Source of the DNA: Gammaproteobacteria bacterium
GTDB lineage: Bacteria; Pseudomonadota; Gammaproteobacteria; Ga0077554; Ga007554
Length of the DNA: 64,000 nucleotides
Direction: 5' to 3'
Assembly: GCA_021731145.1 (NCBI GenBank)
Contig: JAKFXX010000007.1
Coordinates: 72,108 to 136,107, forward strand
In this document: positions 1-10,300 of the stretch, one piece after another
Layout of the letters: every line of letters begins with the position of its first letter
How positions within the stretch are numbered: the first letter of the stretch is position 1
Position numbers and translations under genes: made by a program
Notes under the pieces: model-generated
What the model saw: only the letters and a program-made list of their open reading frames with translations
Databases searched by the model: none
What the model was told of the DNA's origin: nothing

Positions 1-2
1 CC

Positions 3-602
3 GGTTATAACATGGGTTTTGGGCCGGATGCGTTGCTGACGAGTTTTCTGGGTGGCACTGCATCCGCAAACTTTTCCAATCTGCGCTGGAACGTGGCAGC
101 GGTTGATTCCAGCGGCCGTGACCGCGTGCTGGTTACTTCTAGAGATGGGTTGCCCCTGCCCATTAATGCTGACTTCAGAAAATGGTCACAGAATGGTGGG
201 GACGCCTTCCTTGGCGCAGTGAATGTGTTGCCTGGGCATGTGGGTGGTGTGGGTGTAAACGGCTCAAGTATTGCCACGCTTGCGGATGGCAGCGCGCTGG
301 CCAGCAAATCTTGGGGTGATAATTTTGGTGCGCGATCGGGTGCAATGAATGTTGCCGGAAACATCGGCGAAAAACTCAATTTTTATCTGCTTGCCGAAAA
401 TGGCACGGGTACTGTTACCACAGTCTTGAATCACCAGTATGTCAATGCTGTTGATCCCACGCAGTCGGCCTTCTGGCAGTTGGGCAACGATGGCACATTG
501 ACGTATCAAGTGGCCGCCGTGCCTGAGGCGGAGACCTGGGCGATGATGGCGGCAGGCTTGCTGATGATCGGCGCGGTTGCCCGTCGCCGCATGTCGGCCT
601 GA
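3..602 (+). CDS. PEP-CTERM sorting-domain secreted protein (5' end cut by window edge)
   Basis: The reading frame is open to the window start, and the first residues do not look like a signal peptide. The C-terminus VPEAETWAMMAAGLLMIGAVARRRMSA shows a PEP motif, a hydrophobic helix and an Arg cluster. Confidence 0.8.
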   Translation, partial: GYNMGFGPDALLTSFLGGTASANFSNLRWNVAAVDSSGRDRVLVTSRDGLPLPINADFRKWSQNGGDAFLGAVNVLPGHVGGVGVNGSSIATLADGSALASKSWGDNFGARSGAMNVAGNIGEKLNFYLLAENGTGTVTTVLNHQYVNAVDPTQSAFWQLGNDGTLTYQVAAVPEAETWAMMAAGLLMIGAVARRRMSA

Positions 603-609
603 TGTATTC

Positions 610-764
610 CACTCTGGCCGCCGTATCGCAGGGGGCCAGAGTCAATGCTGTTCACTTAACACACTTCCGTTCGCCCTGAGCTTGTCGAAGGGCTCTGGGT
701 GAGTGACTGGTGGTTCGACAAGCTCACCACGAACGGTTAAGTGAACAGTATTGGGGCCAGAGTG
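610..764. repeat. Nested inverted-repeat (REP/MITE-like) element
   Basis: Outer arms ccactctggcc (610-620) and ggccagagtgg (754-764). Middle arms ctgttcacttaac / gttaagtgaacag. Inner palindrome cgttcg..gagcttgtcgaa...ttcgacaagctc..cgaacg. Confidence 0.7.
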
Positions 765-821
765 GGCTTAAATGGTTTTTGATGTTTGGTTTTTTGTTTC
801 CACATTAAGAGGAACAGAGTA

Positions 822-2348
822 ATGAAATTGAATAAGCTTAATGTTGCATGCGCCCTGGCACTGACGGGTGTTTCTGGCCAGGCGCTGGCGCTGGGTGCGT
901 ATGATGCCCAGACCATCGGTTTGGTCAATGGCAAGGATTATGTGTATCTGTCGGGTGCTTCGGCCCCGCAAAATTTCCTGGGCACACTGGCTGGCCAGCT
1001 ATTTGAGACGGGCTATATCACCTATTACGACAACAACGGCACCGCCAGTGACTTCACCGATGATGGCAAGCTGTACCGTGCCTACTTCGGTCAGGTCAAA
1101 AATGATTCCAGCATCCCCGCCGCGTTCGCTGCTTTGAAGGGCAAAACCGTGCGCTTGCTGGATCGTGCCAAGGGTGGTTCGGTATGGGGTGTGAACCCCG
1201 TGGCGCGTGCCGAGGCCGTGGCCACGCTGAAGATGGATGCCGCCAGTTGCGTGCTGAACGCCGGTATATACCGTTGCGCCGAGGCGGGTGTGGATCCGGG
1301 TACGGCGGCTGACCCCACCAATCCCTTGTCTAATGCCAGTTACAACAAGGTGCCTGACGCTGGTGTCTCTGACGTGGCTCCTAACATGTTTAAAGGCCCC
1401 TTTAACGTGGAGTTTGGTTTTTCCGAGTTAAGCAGCGGGGAGGCCGCCAAGCTCACTTCGTTCCCCGTCAACACGCTGATGATGGGCCTGGCGGTAACCA
1501 ATGCCGTGCCAAACACCACCCATCTGAGCCGCGCCGCCTATGGCGGGATGTTGTCCGGACTGGTTCAGGATTGGACGCAGGTCAAGTCCAGCCTGGCGCC
1601 TGCCGCCGGCCCCCAGGTGGTGGTGTGCCGCCGGGTGCCCGGTTCGGGCACCCAGTCCAGCTATAACTGGTTCTTTAACAACTTCCCCTGCACCACGGAA
1701 TCTAAGGCAGGCAGCGGCGATACCGCGCCGGCACGCATGAGCGACAGCGCAAGCGGTGTTGTGAGCGGTTCAGGCACGGCGGCGGATCCTTTTGTGATCG
1801 ACCCCGCTGCGGGTTATACCGTGATCGAAAACTCCACTTCCGGCAACGTGCGTGATTGCTTGCAGAAGGCAAGCATCGGTGGCGTGCATACCTTTAAGGA
1901 TGAAGAAGGCAAGTTCTATAAGGTCGATTTCGGCGCGGGCGGTTACGGTGCGGTGGGCGTGCTGTCGTTAGACAGTTTTGGCAAGGAGTCGGGCTGGAGC
2001 TTCCGCAATATGGATGGCGCGGGTGACTATAAGCTGGTGTCTGGCAGCCCTGTCGTTACCGGCACGGGTGTCGCCCCCAGCAAGGCCAACCTGGTCGAAG
2101 GCAATTATGATTTTGCGGCGGAGCTCTCCATGCAATACCGTAATGCCACCGTCAACGGGGTTCCTGCATTGTCTGGTAATGCCAAGCTCTTTATGGACCT
2201 GTTCATTCAGCGCGGCGGTCATCCTGACTTCAACACCTCGGCCTGGACGGCGGCGCTGCCACCGACCTATAACCCTGCCACCAGCCCCAATGTCAGCAAG
2301 GCGACACGCGGTGGCAATATGTGCCAACCGCTGCAGCGCTTCTTCTAA
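822..2348 (+). CDS. Secreted protein of unknown function with a periplasmic-binding-protein-like (PstS/PBP-like) region
   Basis: ATG at 822 follows an aagagga RBS. Signal peptide MKLNKLNVACALALTGVSGQALA. SGASAPQNFL and RRVPGSGTQSSYNWFF resemble PstS-type binding-protein motifs. The functional call is weak. Confidence 0.6.
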   Translation: MKLNKLNVACALALTGVSGQALALGAYDAQTIGLVNGKDYVYLSGASAPQNFLGTLAGQLFETGYITYYDNNGTASDFTDDGKLYRAYFGQVKNDSSIPAAFAALKGKTVRLLDRAKGGSVWGVNPVARAEAVATLKMDAASCVLNAGIYRCAEAGVDPGTAADPTNPLSNASYNKVPDAGVSDVAPNMFKGPFNVEFGFSELSSGEAAKLTSFPVNTLMMGLAVTNAVPNTTHLSRAAYGGMLSGLVQDWTQVKSSLAPAAGPQVVVCRRVPGSGTQSSYNWFFNNFPCTTESKAGSGDTAPARMSDSASGVVSGSGTAADPFVIDPAAGYTVIENSTSGNVRDCLQKASIGGVHTFKDEEGKFYKVDFGAGGYGAVGVLSLDSFGKESGWSFRNMDGAGDYKLVSGSPVVTGTGVAPSKANLVEGNYDFAAELSMQYRNATVNGVPALSGNAKLFMDLFIQRGGHPDFNTSAWTAALPPTYNPATSPNVSKATRGGNMCQPLQRFF

Positions 2349-2427
2349 AAACGGGTATTCAGTGCCTGCGTAGTGGTGAATGTGCTGCACTCTGACGCAA
2401 TGTCAGTGTGTTGTATGATGTAAATGG

Positions 2428-2462
2428 CCGGCTCTTTTCGCAATGAGAAGAGCCGGTTTTTA
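2428..2462 (+). terminator. Rho-independent terminator
   Basis: Stem ccggctctt (2428-2436) pairs with aagagccgg (2448-2456) and is followed by a ttttt run, 80 bp after the stop at 2348. Confidence 0.7.
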
Positions 2463-2575
2463 TTTGGGTGTAGTGCGGGCCTTTTAAGCTCAGCGCCCTT
2501 TATTTTTCCTTTTAACTCATTTGTAACATTACCGTGTGAAAATCCCACCTTTAAATAAAACCAGAATATTACTCA

Positions 2576-4186
2576 ATGAAGCGTATTTTTTGTGCGGTGT
2601 TGTACGCCAGTTTTTTTTTCTGGTTTCCGGCGATGGCGCAAGAACAGGCCCCGGCCCCGGCAGAAGAGCAGCCGGTGGTGTTCGATGTGATGGAATACCG
2701 TGTGGAGGGCAACACGGTGTTGCCTGCCATAGTGATCGAGAAGGTGCTTTATCCGCATTTGGGCACGGCAAAAAAGATCGAGGACGTGGAAAAGGCGCGC
2801 GTTGATCTGGAGAAGGCCTACCGCGATGAAGGTTATCCCACCGTGCTGGTGGATATCCCCGAGCAGGATGTGAACAACCGGATGGTGCGCTTGCGCGTGA
2901 CGGAGAGCAAGGTCGAGAAGGTGCGTGTTGTCGGCTCCCGTTACTATTCGCAGGGGCGGATCCTGGAAAAATTCCCGGCGCTGACGCAGGGCGGTGTGCT
3001 GTATCTGCCGGATGTGCAGAAAGGCTTGAGCCGAGTCAACCGCAGCGCGGACCGGCGCGTGACGCCGATACTCAGGCCGGGCAAGACGCCAGGCACCGTG
3101 GAGGTTGATTTCAAGGTTGAAGACAAGCTGCCGCTGCATGCAAGCCTGGAATTGAATGACCGTTACAGCGGCAATACCAGCCCATTGCGGATGATCGGCA
3201 TGGTGCGCTATGACAATCTGTGGCAGCGAGAGCACAGCTTGAGTGTGCAATATCAGACCGCGCCGGAAAAGACCAGCGAAGTCAGTGTATTTTCCGCGTC
3301 TTATTTGTTGCCGGTGCCGGATTCCGACAGGTTGATCGCGATGTACGCCGTGCGTTCACGCAGCGATGTGGCGGCGGTGGGGAATATATCGGTGCTGGGT
3401 CAGGGTGATATTTTCGGCGTGCGCGCCATCCTGCCGCTGCCGCAGCGTGATCGCTTTTTTCATTCCTTGTCATTGGGCTTCGATTACAAGGATTTCAAGG
3501 AAAACGTGACACTGCTTGGCGCGGATTCCATCCGTACCCCGATCAGCTATTTGCCATTTACAGTGCAGTATAACTCGACTTTGCAGGGTGATAGCGGCGT
3601 GACGCAGGCGGATGTGGGGCTGAATTTTTCTGTCCGCGGCCTCGCCGACAACAGGATTGACTGTTTCGGGCAGCACGTTAACGAATTCGAATGCAAGCGC
3701 TATAACGCCAAGCCCAGTTATCTGTATCTGAAGGCCGGTTTGCAGCGCGTGCAACAGTTGCCGCTGGGTCTGCGGCTGATCGCGAGGATCGACGGTCAAT
3801 TGACGGGCCAGCCCCTGATCAGCAATGAGCAATTCGGCGCAGGCGGTGTTGAAAGCGTGCGCGGTTATCTGGAGTATGAGCGATTGGCGGATAACGGCGT
3901 GCGTGGCAGCGTGGAATTGCGCAGCCCCTCGGTTGCCGCGAAGTTGTCAAAGAAATTCGACGACCTGTATTTTCTCGGATTTGCGGAGGGCGCAAAGCTG
4001 CGTGTTAGTGAGCCCCTGCCGGGCCAGGTGTCACGTTTCAGTTTGTCCAGCGCGGGTGTTGGCGTGCGCTTTAAAGGTTGGCGTTACTGGAATGCGTCGC
4101 TCAATGTGGCGGTGCCGTTCGAGAATGCAGCCTTCACAAAGGCCGGGGATGTACGGGTGCATTTCCGGATGGCGTATGAATTTTAG
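2576..4186 (+). CDS. TpsB transporter (ShlB/FhaC/HecB-family outer-membrane hemolysin activation/secretion protein)
   Basis: Signal peptide MKRIFCAVLYASFFFWFPAMA. POTRA-type start VFDVMEYRVEGNTVL. Size 536 aa. Beta-barrel-like C-terminus ending in YEF. Lies immediately upstream of a TPS-domain exoprotein. Confidence 0.9.
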   Translation: MKRIFCAVLYASFFFWFPAMAQEQAPAPAEEQPVVFDVMEYRVEGNTVLPAIVIEKVLYPHLGTAKKIEDVEKARVDLEKAYRDEGYPTVLVDIPEQDVNNRMVRLRVTESKVEKVRVVGSRYYSQGRILEKFPALTQGGVLYLPDVQKGLSRVNRSADRRVTPILRPGKTPGTVEVDFKVEDKLPLHASLELNDRYSGNTSPLRMIGMVRYDNLWQREHSLSVQYQTAPEKTSEVSVFSASYLLPVPDSDRLIAMYAVRSRSDVAAVGNISVLGQGDIFGVRAILPLPQRDRFFHSLSLGFDYKDFKENVTLLGADSIRTPISYLPFTVQYNSTLQGDSGVTQADVGLNFSVRGLADNRIDCFGQHVNEFECKRYNAKPSYLYLKAGLQRVQQLPLGLRLIARIDGQLTGQPLISNEQFGAGGVESVRGYLEYERLADNGVRGSVELRSPSVAAKLSKKFDDLYFLGFAEGAKLRVSEPLPGQVSRFSLSSAGVGVRFKGWRYWNASLNVAVPFENAAFTKAGDVRVHFRMAYEF

Positions 4187-4209
4187 CCAGTGCTGAATCA
4201 ATAGTGGAT

Positions 4210-4262
4210 TGTAGGGTGCGTCCTACGCACCACAATCATTGGTGCGTAGGACGCACCCTACA
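4210..4262. repeat. Perfect 22-bp-stem REP-type hairpin (tgtagggtgcg family)
   Basis: tgtagggtgcgtcctacgcacc (4210-4231), loop acaatcatt, then ggtgcgtaggacgcaccctaca (4241-4262). Each arm is itself internally palindromic. Confidence 0.85.
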
Positions 4263-4283
4263 TAGAGCTGGGTTCAGTGCCAT

Positions 4284-4315
4284 TGTTGGGTCCGCTTCGC
4301 TTGACCCAACCTACA
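4284..4315. repeat. Second REP-type hairpin (tgttgggtc...gacccaacctaca family)
   Basis: gttgggtc (4285-4292) and gacccaac (4303-4310) form a perfect 8-bp inverted repeat around cgcttcgctt. Confidence 0.6.
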
Positions 4316-4346
4316 TTTTCTACTCTATTTTTCGGGGTATCACCAC

Positions 4347-7300
4347 ATGAATGCAAACTTGTTCCGGTTGGTTTTCAGTGCGCGGCTTGGCGCGCTGGTG
4401 CCGGCGTGGGAGGGCGCGCGGGCGCGTCGTGCGGGCAAGGGTGGGCAGCGTGGCCGGGCCGGCAAGCATGCCGCGTTGTTTGCAGGGGCGGCGGGTGTTT
4501 TGTTGTGCGTATTTCCAGTCCATGCAGAGTTGCCGATGCCGTGTGGCGGTGGTGCATGCGGTACGAATCCGATCAATACCCTGCCGTTTGCGAGCAGTGG
4601 CCGCGCCGATTTTTCCAGCAACGGCGTCAGTGCGATTATCAATCAGCTTGACCAAAGAGTCGTGCTGAACTGGCAAAGTTTCAATATCGGGGCCGGTAAC
4701 AGTGTTGAATTCAGGCAGCCGGATGCCGGTTCGGCGGCGCTGAACCGTATATGGCAGGGGTCGCCGAGCGAAATTCTTGGCAACCTGAAAGCCAATGGTC
4801 AGCTTTATCTGATCAATCAGAACGGTATTATTTTCGGCAAGGATGCTCAGGTGAATGCCAGCTCGCTGGTGGCATCGGCGCTGAATATCAGCGACGATGT
4901 TTTCAAAAATGGCGGTATTTACGGCGAGTCGTCGGGCGCAAACCCTGTGTTTACCTGGGAAGATGGCAGCGGGGTGGAATATTCCGCCAGCTTCATCCGG
5001 GTGGATAACGGCGCGAAAATCGCGTCCGCGTCCGGTGGCGTGGTCATGATGCTGGCACCCAAGGTGGAAAATCATGGCAGCATCTCCGCGCCGGGAGGGC
5101 AGGCGGTGCTTGCCGCCGGCGCCAAGGTGTACCTGAGCCTGTTGTCCGACAATGAGGTCAATGGCCTCCCCGCAGGTTCATCGCTGCGTGGCTTTGCCGG
5201 GTTGCTGGTGGAGGTTGACCCGCATGCCTCGGGGCTGGGCGGTGAAGTGACCAATATTGGCCAGATTGTCGCCGAGCGCGGCAATATTACCTTGGCTGGG
5301 CTGGCGGTAAACCAGATGGGGCGGGTTACCGCCACGACGTCGCTGCGGCAAAAGGGTTCGATCATGCTGCTGGCCGCCGATACCAAGGCGGGCGGTGACA
5401 AGACAAAGATTCCTGTCGGGCAGCGCACCGGTGCATTGGTGCTGGGCAAGGACAGCGTAACCGAGGTGTTGCCGGAGACGAATGATGCCACTACCAATTT
5501 CGACGGGCAGGGATTCAGTCCGTCCACGGTGGATCTGGCGGGCAAGAGTATTGAGATGCGGGAGAACGCCGCGATTGTCGCACCGGGCGGAAAAGTCAGT
5601 CTTGTTGCCCGTGAGGATCAGCGGTTACCCGTGCCCAGTGAAAGCAAGATTTATATGGCGCCCGGCAGCCGTATTGATGTATCCGGTACGAAAGATGTCG
5701 ATGTGCCCATGGAGCGCAACTTCATTGAGGTGGAGCTGCGTGGTAACGAGCTGAAGGATTCACCGCTGCAGCGCGATGGCGCGTTGCGCGGCAAAAAAGT
5801 GTGGATTGATATTCGCAAAGGCACACCGCTTGCAGATGTCTCCGGTTATACCGCCCAGGTGGGGAGAACGGTCGCGGAGCGTACCGCGGAAGGTGGTGAG
5901 GTGTCGCTGGTGTCCGCAGGCGATATCGTGATGCGTGAAAATGCTGTGATCGATGTCTCCGCGGGCGGGTTGCGTTATCGTGATGGGCAAGGCAAAACGA
6001 CGCAGTTGGTGTCGCAGGGCAGGGTGTATGACATAGGCGATGCGCCGGCCGATGTCATTTACGATGGCATTGCCAGTTTCACCAAGGAATCAAGAAAGTG
6101 GGGGATTACATCCACCTGGAGTGCCTTTGGTGGAGATGGCTCGCTGAGCCGGTTTGAGCAGGGCTATTACGAAGGCAAGAATGCAGGGTCGGTGACGTTT
6201 CTTGCGAGTGGGCTGGCACTGGATGGCACCTTGACGGGCAAGGCAGCCGCGGGCGTGCATCAGCGCGGCAGTGGCGTGCTGCCCCTGGGCGGGAAGTTTA
6301 CGCTAGGCGATGTCAGTCAGGCCGGGGCGTCTACGCCTGATTTCAGGATTCCGGATGTGCTCTTTTCCGCACAAAAAAATCCGTTGCCTGATGATTTTAC
6401 TTTCGATGAACTCAAGGCGAAGGGTTTGCCTGAAAGTTTCAGGAATCGCGTGACACTCTCCACCGGCGTGTTGCAAGCAGGGGGATTCAACCGTATTGGC
6501 GTATACAGCAACGGGCGCATCGAGGTGCCTAAAGGCGTGTCGATCAGTCTCGCGCCCGGCAGTTGGCTCGGAAAGGACGAGGAGGGGAAGGACAAGATAT
6601 ACACCGCCTCGCTGACACTGACCGGCAGAAAGCTGGATATCCTGGGCGATATCGATGTGCCGGCGGGCAAGATTACGCTGGCGAGCAAGAGAACGCTCGG
6701 CTCCGAGCTACTACAACAGGCGGAAGATTTTCGCGTCAATGTGGGCGCGGACGCCGGCATCACTGCCCGTGGTTTGTGGGTGAATGACTCGCGCTGGGTT
6801 ACGCCGGTAACGGGTGCGGACCCGTTGCTGATCAACGGCGGGTCGATTTCAGTAAGCGCCTTTTCAGATGTCGCACTGAGTTCCGGCAGCGTGCTGGATG
6901 TTTCCGGTGGGGGATGGGTGAAGCCCAATAACCGGCTACAGGTGGGCAACGCCGGTACCCTCAGTTTGGCAAGCGGCTCTTTTGTAAATATAAATAGACC
7001 TGATCGATTTGAATCAACACTCTATCTCGATGGCGAGCTCTACGGCTACGCACTGAGCAGCGGTAACACCGTGGGTAAGGGTGGCACGCTCTCGCTCAGC
7101 ACCTCCAGCGTAAAGATTGGCGGCACGCCTTCCCCTGTCCCCGGCGTATTATCACTTGCCACTGGCGTGTTTCAATCCGGCGGTTTCAAGGACTACACCA
7201 TTACCGGCATGGAGGGCGTTACCGTGAGCCGTGGCGCGCAAGTCGCTCCGCTTGCCGAGAGCCGGGTGCTGACGCCGGATTTTGTGACACGCCGCAGCGG

Positions 7301-10300
7301 TGCGGATATTGGCGGCTTCAGCCGGCGCCAGGTGTTGCTGCCAGAGCAGCGTGCGCCCGGCACCATCACCTTTGCCGCCGGAAGTTCCTTGTGGGGAGCT
7401 ATTTCGGTTGAGGAAGGCGCGCAGGTGCGCACCGATCCAGGGGGAACGATTACGCTCAGTGCAGGCAGCCAGATCAGCCTTTTTGGCGCGCTGGAAGCGC
7501 CCGCCGGGAAGATTTTGCTGGATATAAAAGGCTATGCCGTGAACGGGACATTCGAGCCTAACCGTTTCGTTTGGCTGGGGGGCAACAGCCGCTTATTGGC
7601 GCAGGGTTTCGCCAGAACCCAGACCAATAACCAGGGGCTGCTTCAGGGCGAGGTTCTGGCTGGCGGTGAGATTAACGTCAGCGCCCCGCAAGATACATAT
7701 CTTGTCGCCGAGGCGGGTTCGGTGATGGATGTTTCAGGGGTCAGCGCCACGCTGGATATTCCTCAGCAAAACAATGCCGGCGTGAGCTATCGCCGTGACA
7801 CGATTGCCGGGGATGCGGGCGTTGTTAATCTTGCCATGTCCAACATGTTGCTTGACGGCACATTAAAGGGTGCGGCCGCCGGGGAGCATGCGCGTGGTGG
7901 TTCGCTTATTCTGTCATCCCCCGTGATGGTGGTGAAAGAGGATGGCGCGTCGTTGCCGCAGGGTTTGACGCCCGGCCAGAATATCGCTGCCAAAATGCTT
8001 GAGCCTGCGGCAAGCGCCCTCCAGGGGAAGTCTTTCGTTACGGCAAAGTCGGTGCGTGATGGCGGCTTTGATCAGATCACCTTGACGAGCCTGAACACCA
8101 TTGAATTTGATGGCGATGTCAGCCTTGCGCTGCGGCGCAGCATCACGCTCGATGCGCCAACGATTGCGGCAAAGGAGAATGCCAAGGTTGATCTCGCGGC
8201 CAGTTATGTGTCTGTGGGCAATAGCTCGATTGTGAAGTCGGCATCATCGGGTGGCGGTGGAACGTTAGACGTCGATGCGCGCCTGATTGATCTGGAAGGT
8301 AATGTTGCGCTACAGGGTTTTGGCAATGTTAATTTGGCCAGCACCGGTGATATCCGGCTCAAGGGCGTGTTGCAGGGCAGCGATTTTCTTGCACGCACGC
8401 TGGAAGGCTCGCTTGTCACCGGCGGCAACCTGACGCTACAGGCTGACCAGATTTATCCCACCACCTTGAGTCAATTCCGGCTGGCCGTTGAAAATAATCC
8501 AACGGGCAGCGTGACGATCCTCGGTGGAGGCGCGCCCAGCCCGGTGTTGTCGGCGGGCGGCAAACTTACCGTGAATGCGCCAAACATTGTGCAGCAAGGG
8601 GTACTCAAGGCGCCGCTGGGTGACATCACGCTGGCAGCGGAAGATACGCTGACCTTGGGCGATGGCAGTATCACGTCGGTTTCGGCGGAGGGGCAGATCA
8701 TTCCCTTCGGCAAGACCGATCTGAACGGCAGCGATTATCTCTACCCGCTGGCAGCCGTCGATCTTCGGCTGGATGCGCCGCCTGAAAAGCGTATCCGGTT
8801 GAATGGCAAGGCGATCACGGTTTCAGAAAATGCCGTAGTGGATATCTCCGGCGGGGGCGATCTTTACGCCTATGAATTCATTCCGGGGCCGGGTGGATCC
8901 AGGGATGTGCTTGATGCGGCGAATGCGGGTGATGTTTTCGCCATTCTGCCGGGACGTGCATCTGAATTTGCACCCTATGACAGCCATTATTATCAGGGTA
9001 ACAAGGGAATCAAGCCGGGCGATAGTGTTTATCTATCCGGCGTGGAGGGCTTGCCGGCAGGTTTTTATGCCATGATGCCTGCCCGTTATGCCTTGTTGCC
9101 CGGCGCCTTTCTGGTGAAACCGGTCTCAGGGTATCAGGATATGTCGCCTGGCCAGGCTGTGAAATTGACCGATGGCGCAACCATTGTGTCAGGCTACCAC
9201 GCGGCCGTGGGCCTGGACGGCAGCATCCTGCGTGATGCCAGAACATCGGGTTTTGCCGTGCGCCCTGGCGCATCTGCGCGCACCCAATCGGAGTATCTGG
9301 ATAGCACCGCGAGCGGATTCTTCGCCAACAGCCCGGGCACCCAGCTATCGGGCGATGCAGGCAATCTCTCCATCGCCGCTACCCAGTCCTTAACGCTGAA
9401 TGGTGTGCTGAAAGGTGATCATGCCGCTGGGCGTAACGGCTCGGAAGTGGACATTACCGCCGACCGGCTGGCCATCGTAGGCGCAGGGGCAGACACGTCT
9501 GGTCTGGAGGGCTTCATGCAGCTTGATGCCGCCAGCCTGAACAAATTCAGCGCGTCCAGCCTGTTGTTGGGCGGTACCCGCAAGCGCACTGAAAAAGGCA
9601 TGGAAATCCGCATGGATGCACGGCAGGTTGTGGTCGCCAACACGGCATCCAGCGCGCTGCGTGGCCCTGAGGTTTTATTGGCCGCCAAGGATGAGGTCAG
9701 GGTAAAGGCGGGCAGCGTAGTGGAAGGCAAGGGCGCCGCTTCCGGCAAGCCCCAGGATATTGCCATCGGGTTCACGATCAGGGATACCGACAACGACGGC
9801 GTTATCGGCAAGGCGGACACCAATCGCGGTGATGTGAATCATGATGGCGTGATTGATGGGCAGGACAATGTGGACGGCAATGGCGCGCTGTTGCGCGTGG
9901 CGTCCGGTGAAGCGGTGGCGATAACGCGCGAGAGCGTTGATCGCAGCCAGGGTGATCTGGTGGTGGAGGCCGGCGCGGTGTTGCGGGCAGACAAGTCCAT
10001 GATATTGGACGCTACGCGTGACAACCGTTCAGAGGGCACGCTTGCATTGGGCGAAGGGGGCGCTTTGAGCGTGGGCGCGCAGCGCATCAGCCTGGGCGAG
10101 GCGGGCGATGTGCGGGAAGGGTTGGTGTTTTCCAATGCGCAGCTTGCCGCGCTGAATAACCTTGGCAGCCTGACACTGCGCAGTTATAGCGCGGTGGATA
10201 TTTATGGCGGGGGCGATTTCGGCAGCAAGGCACTGAAGAACCTTTCTATCGAAGCGGCGGGTTTCGGAGGTTATCAAAACGCAGGACAAACAGCGACGCT

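Noticed and set aside
9825-9833. RGD tripeptide in TpsA as an integrin-binding adhesion motif (as in Bordetella FHA)
   Set aside because: A three-residue match is expected by chance in 3454 aa. It sits inside the Ca-loop pattern (NRGDVNHDG), and the organism appears environmental.
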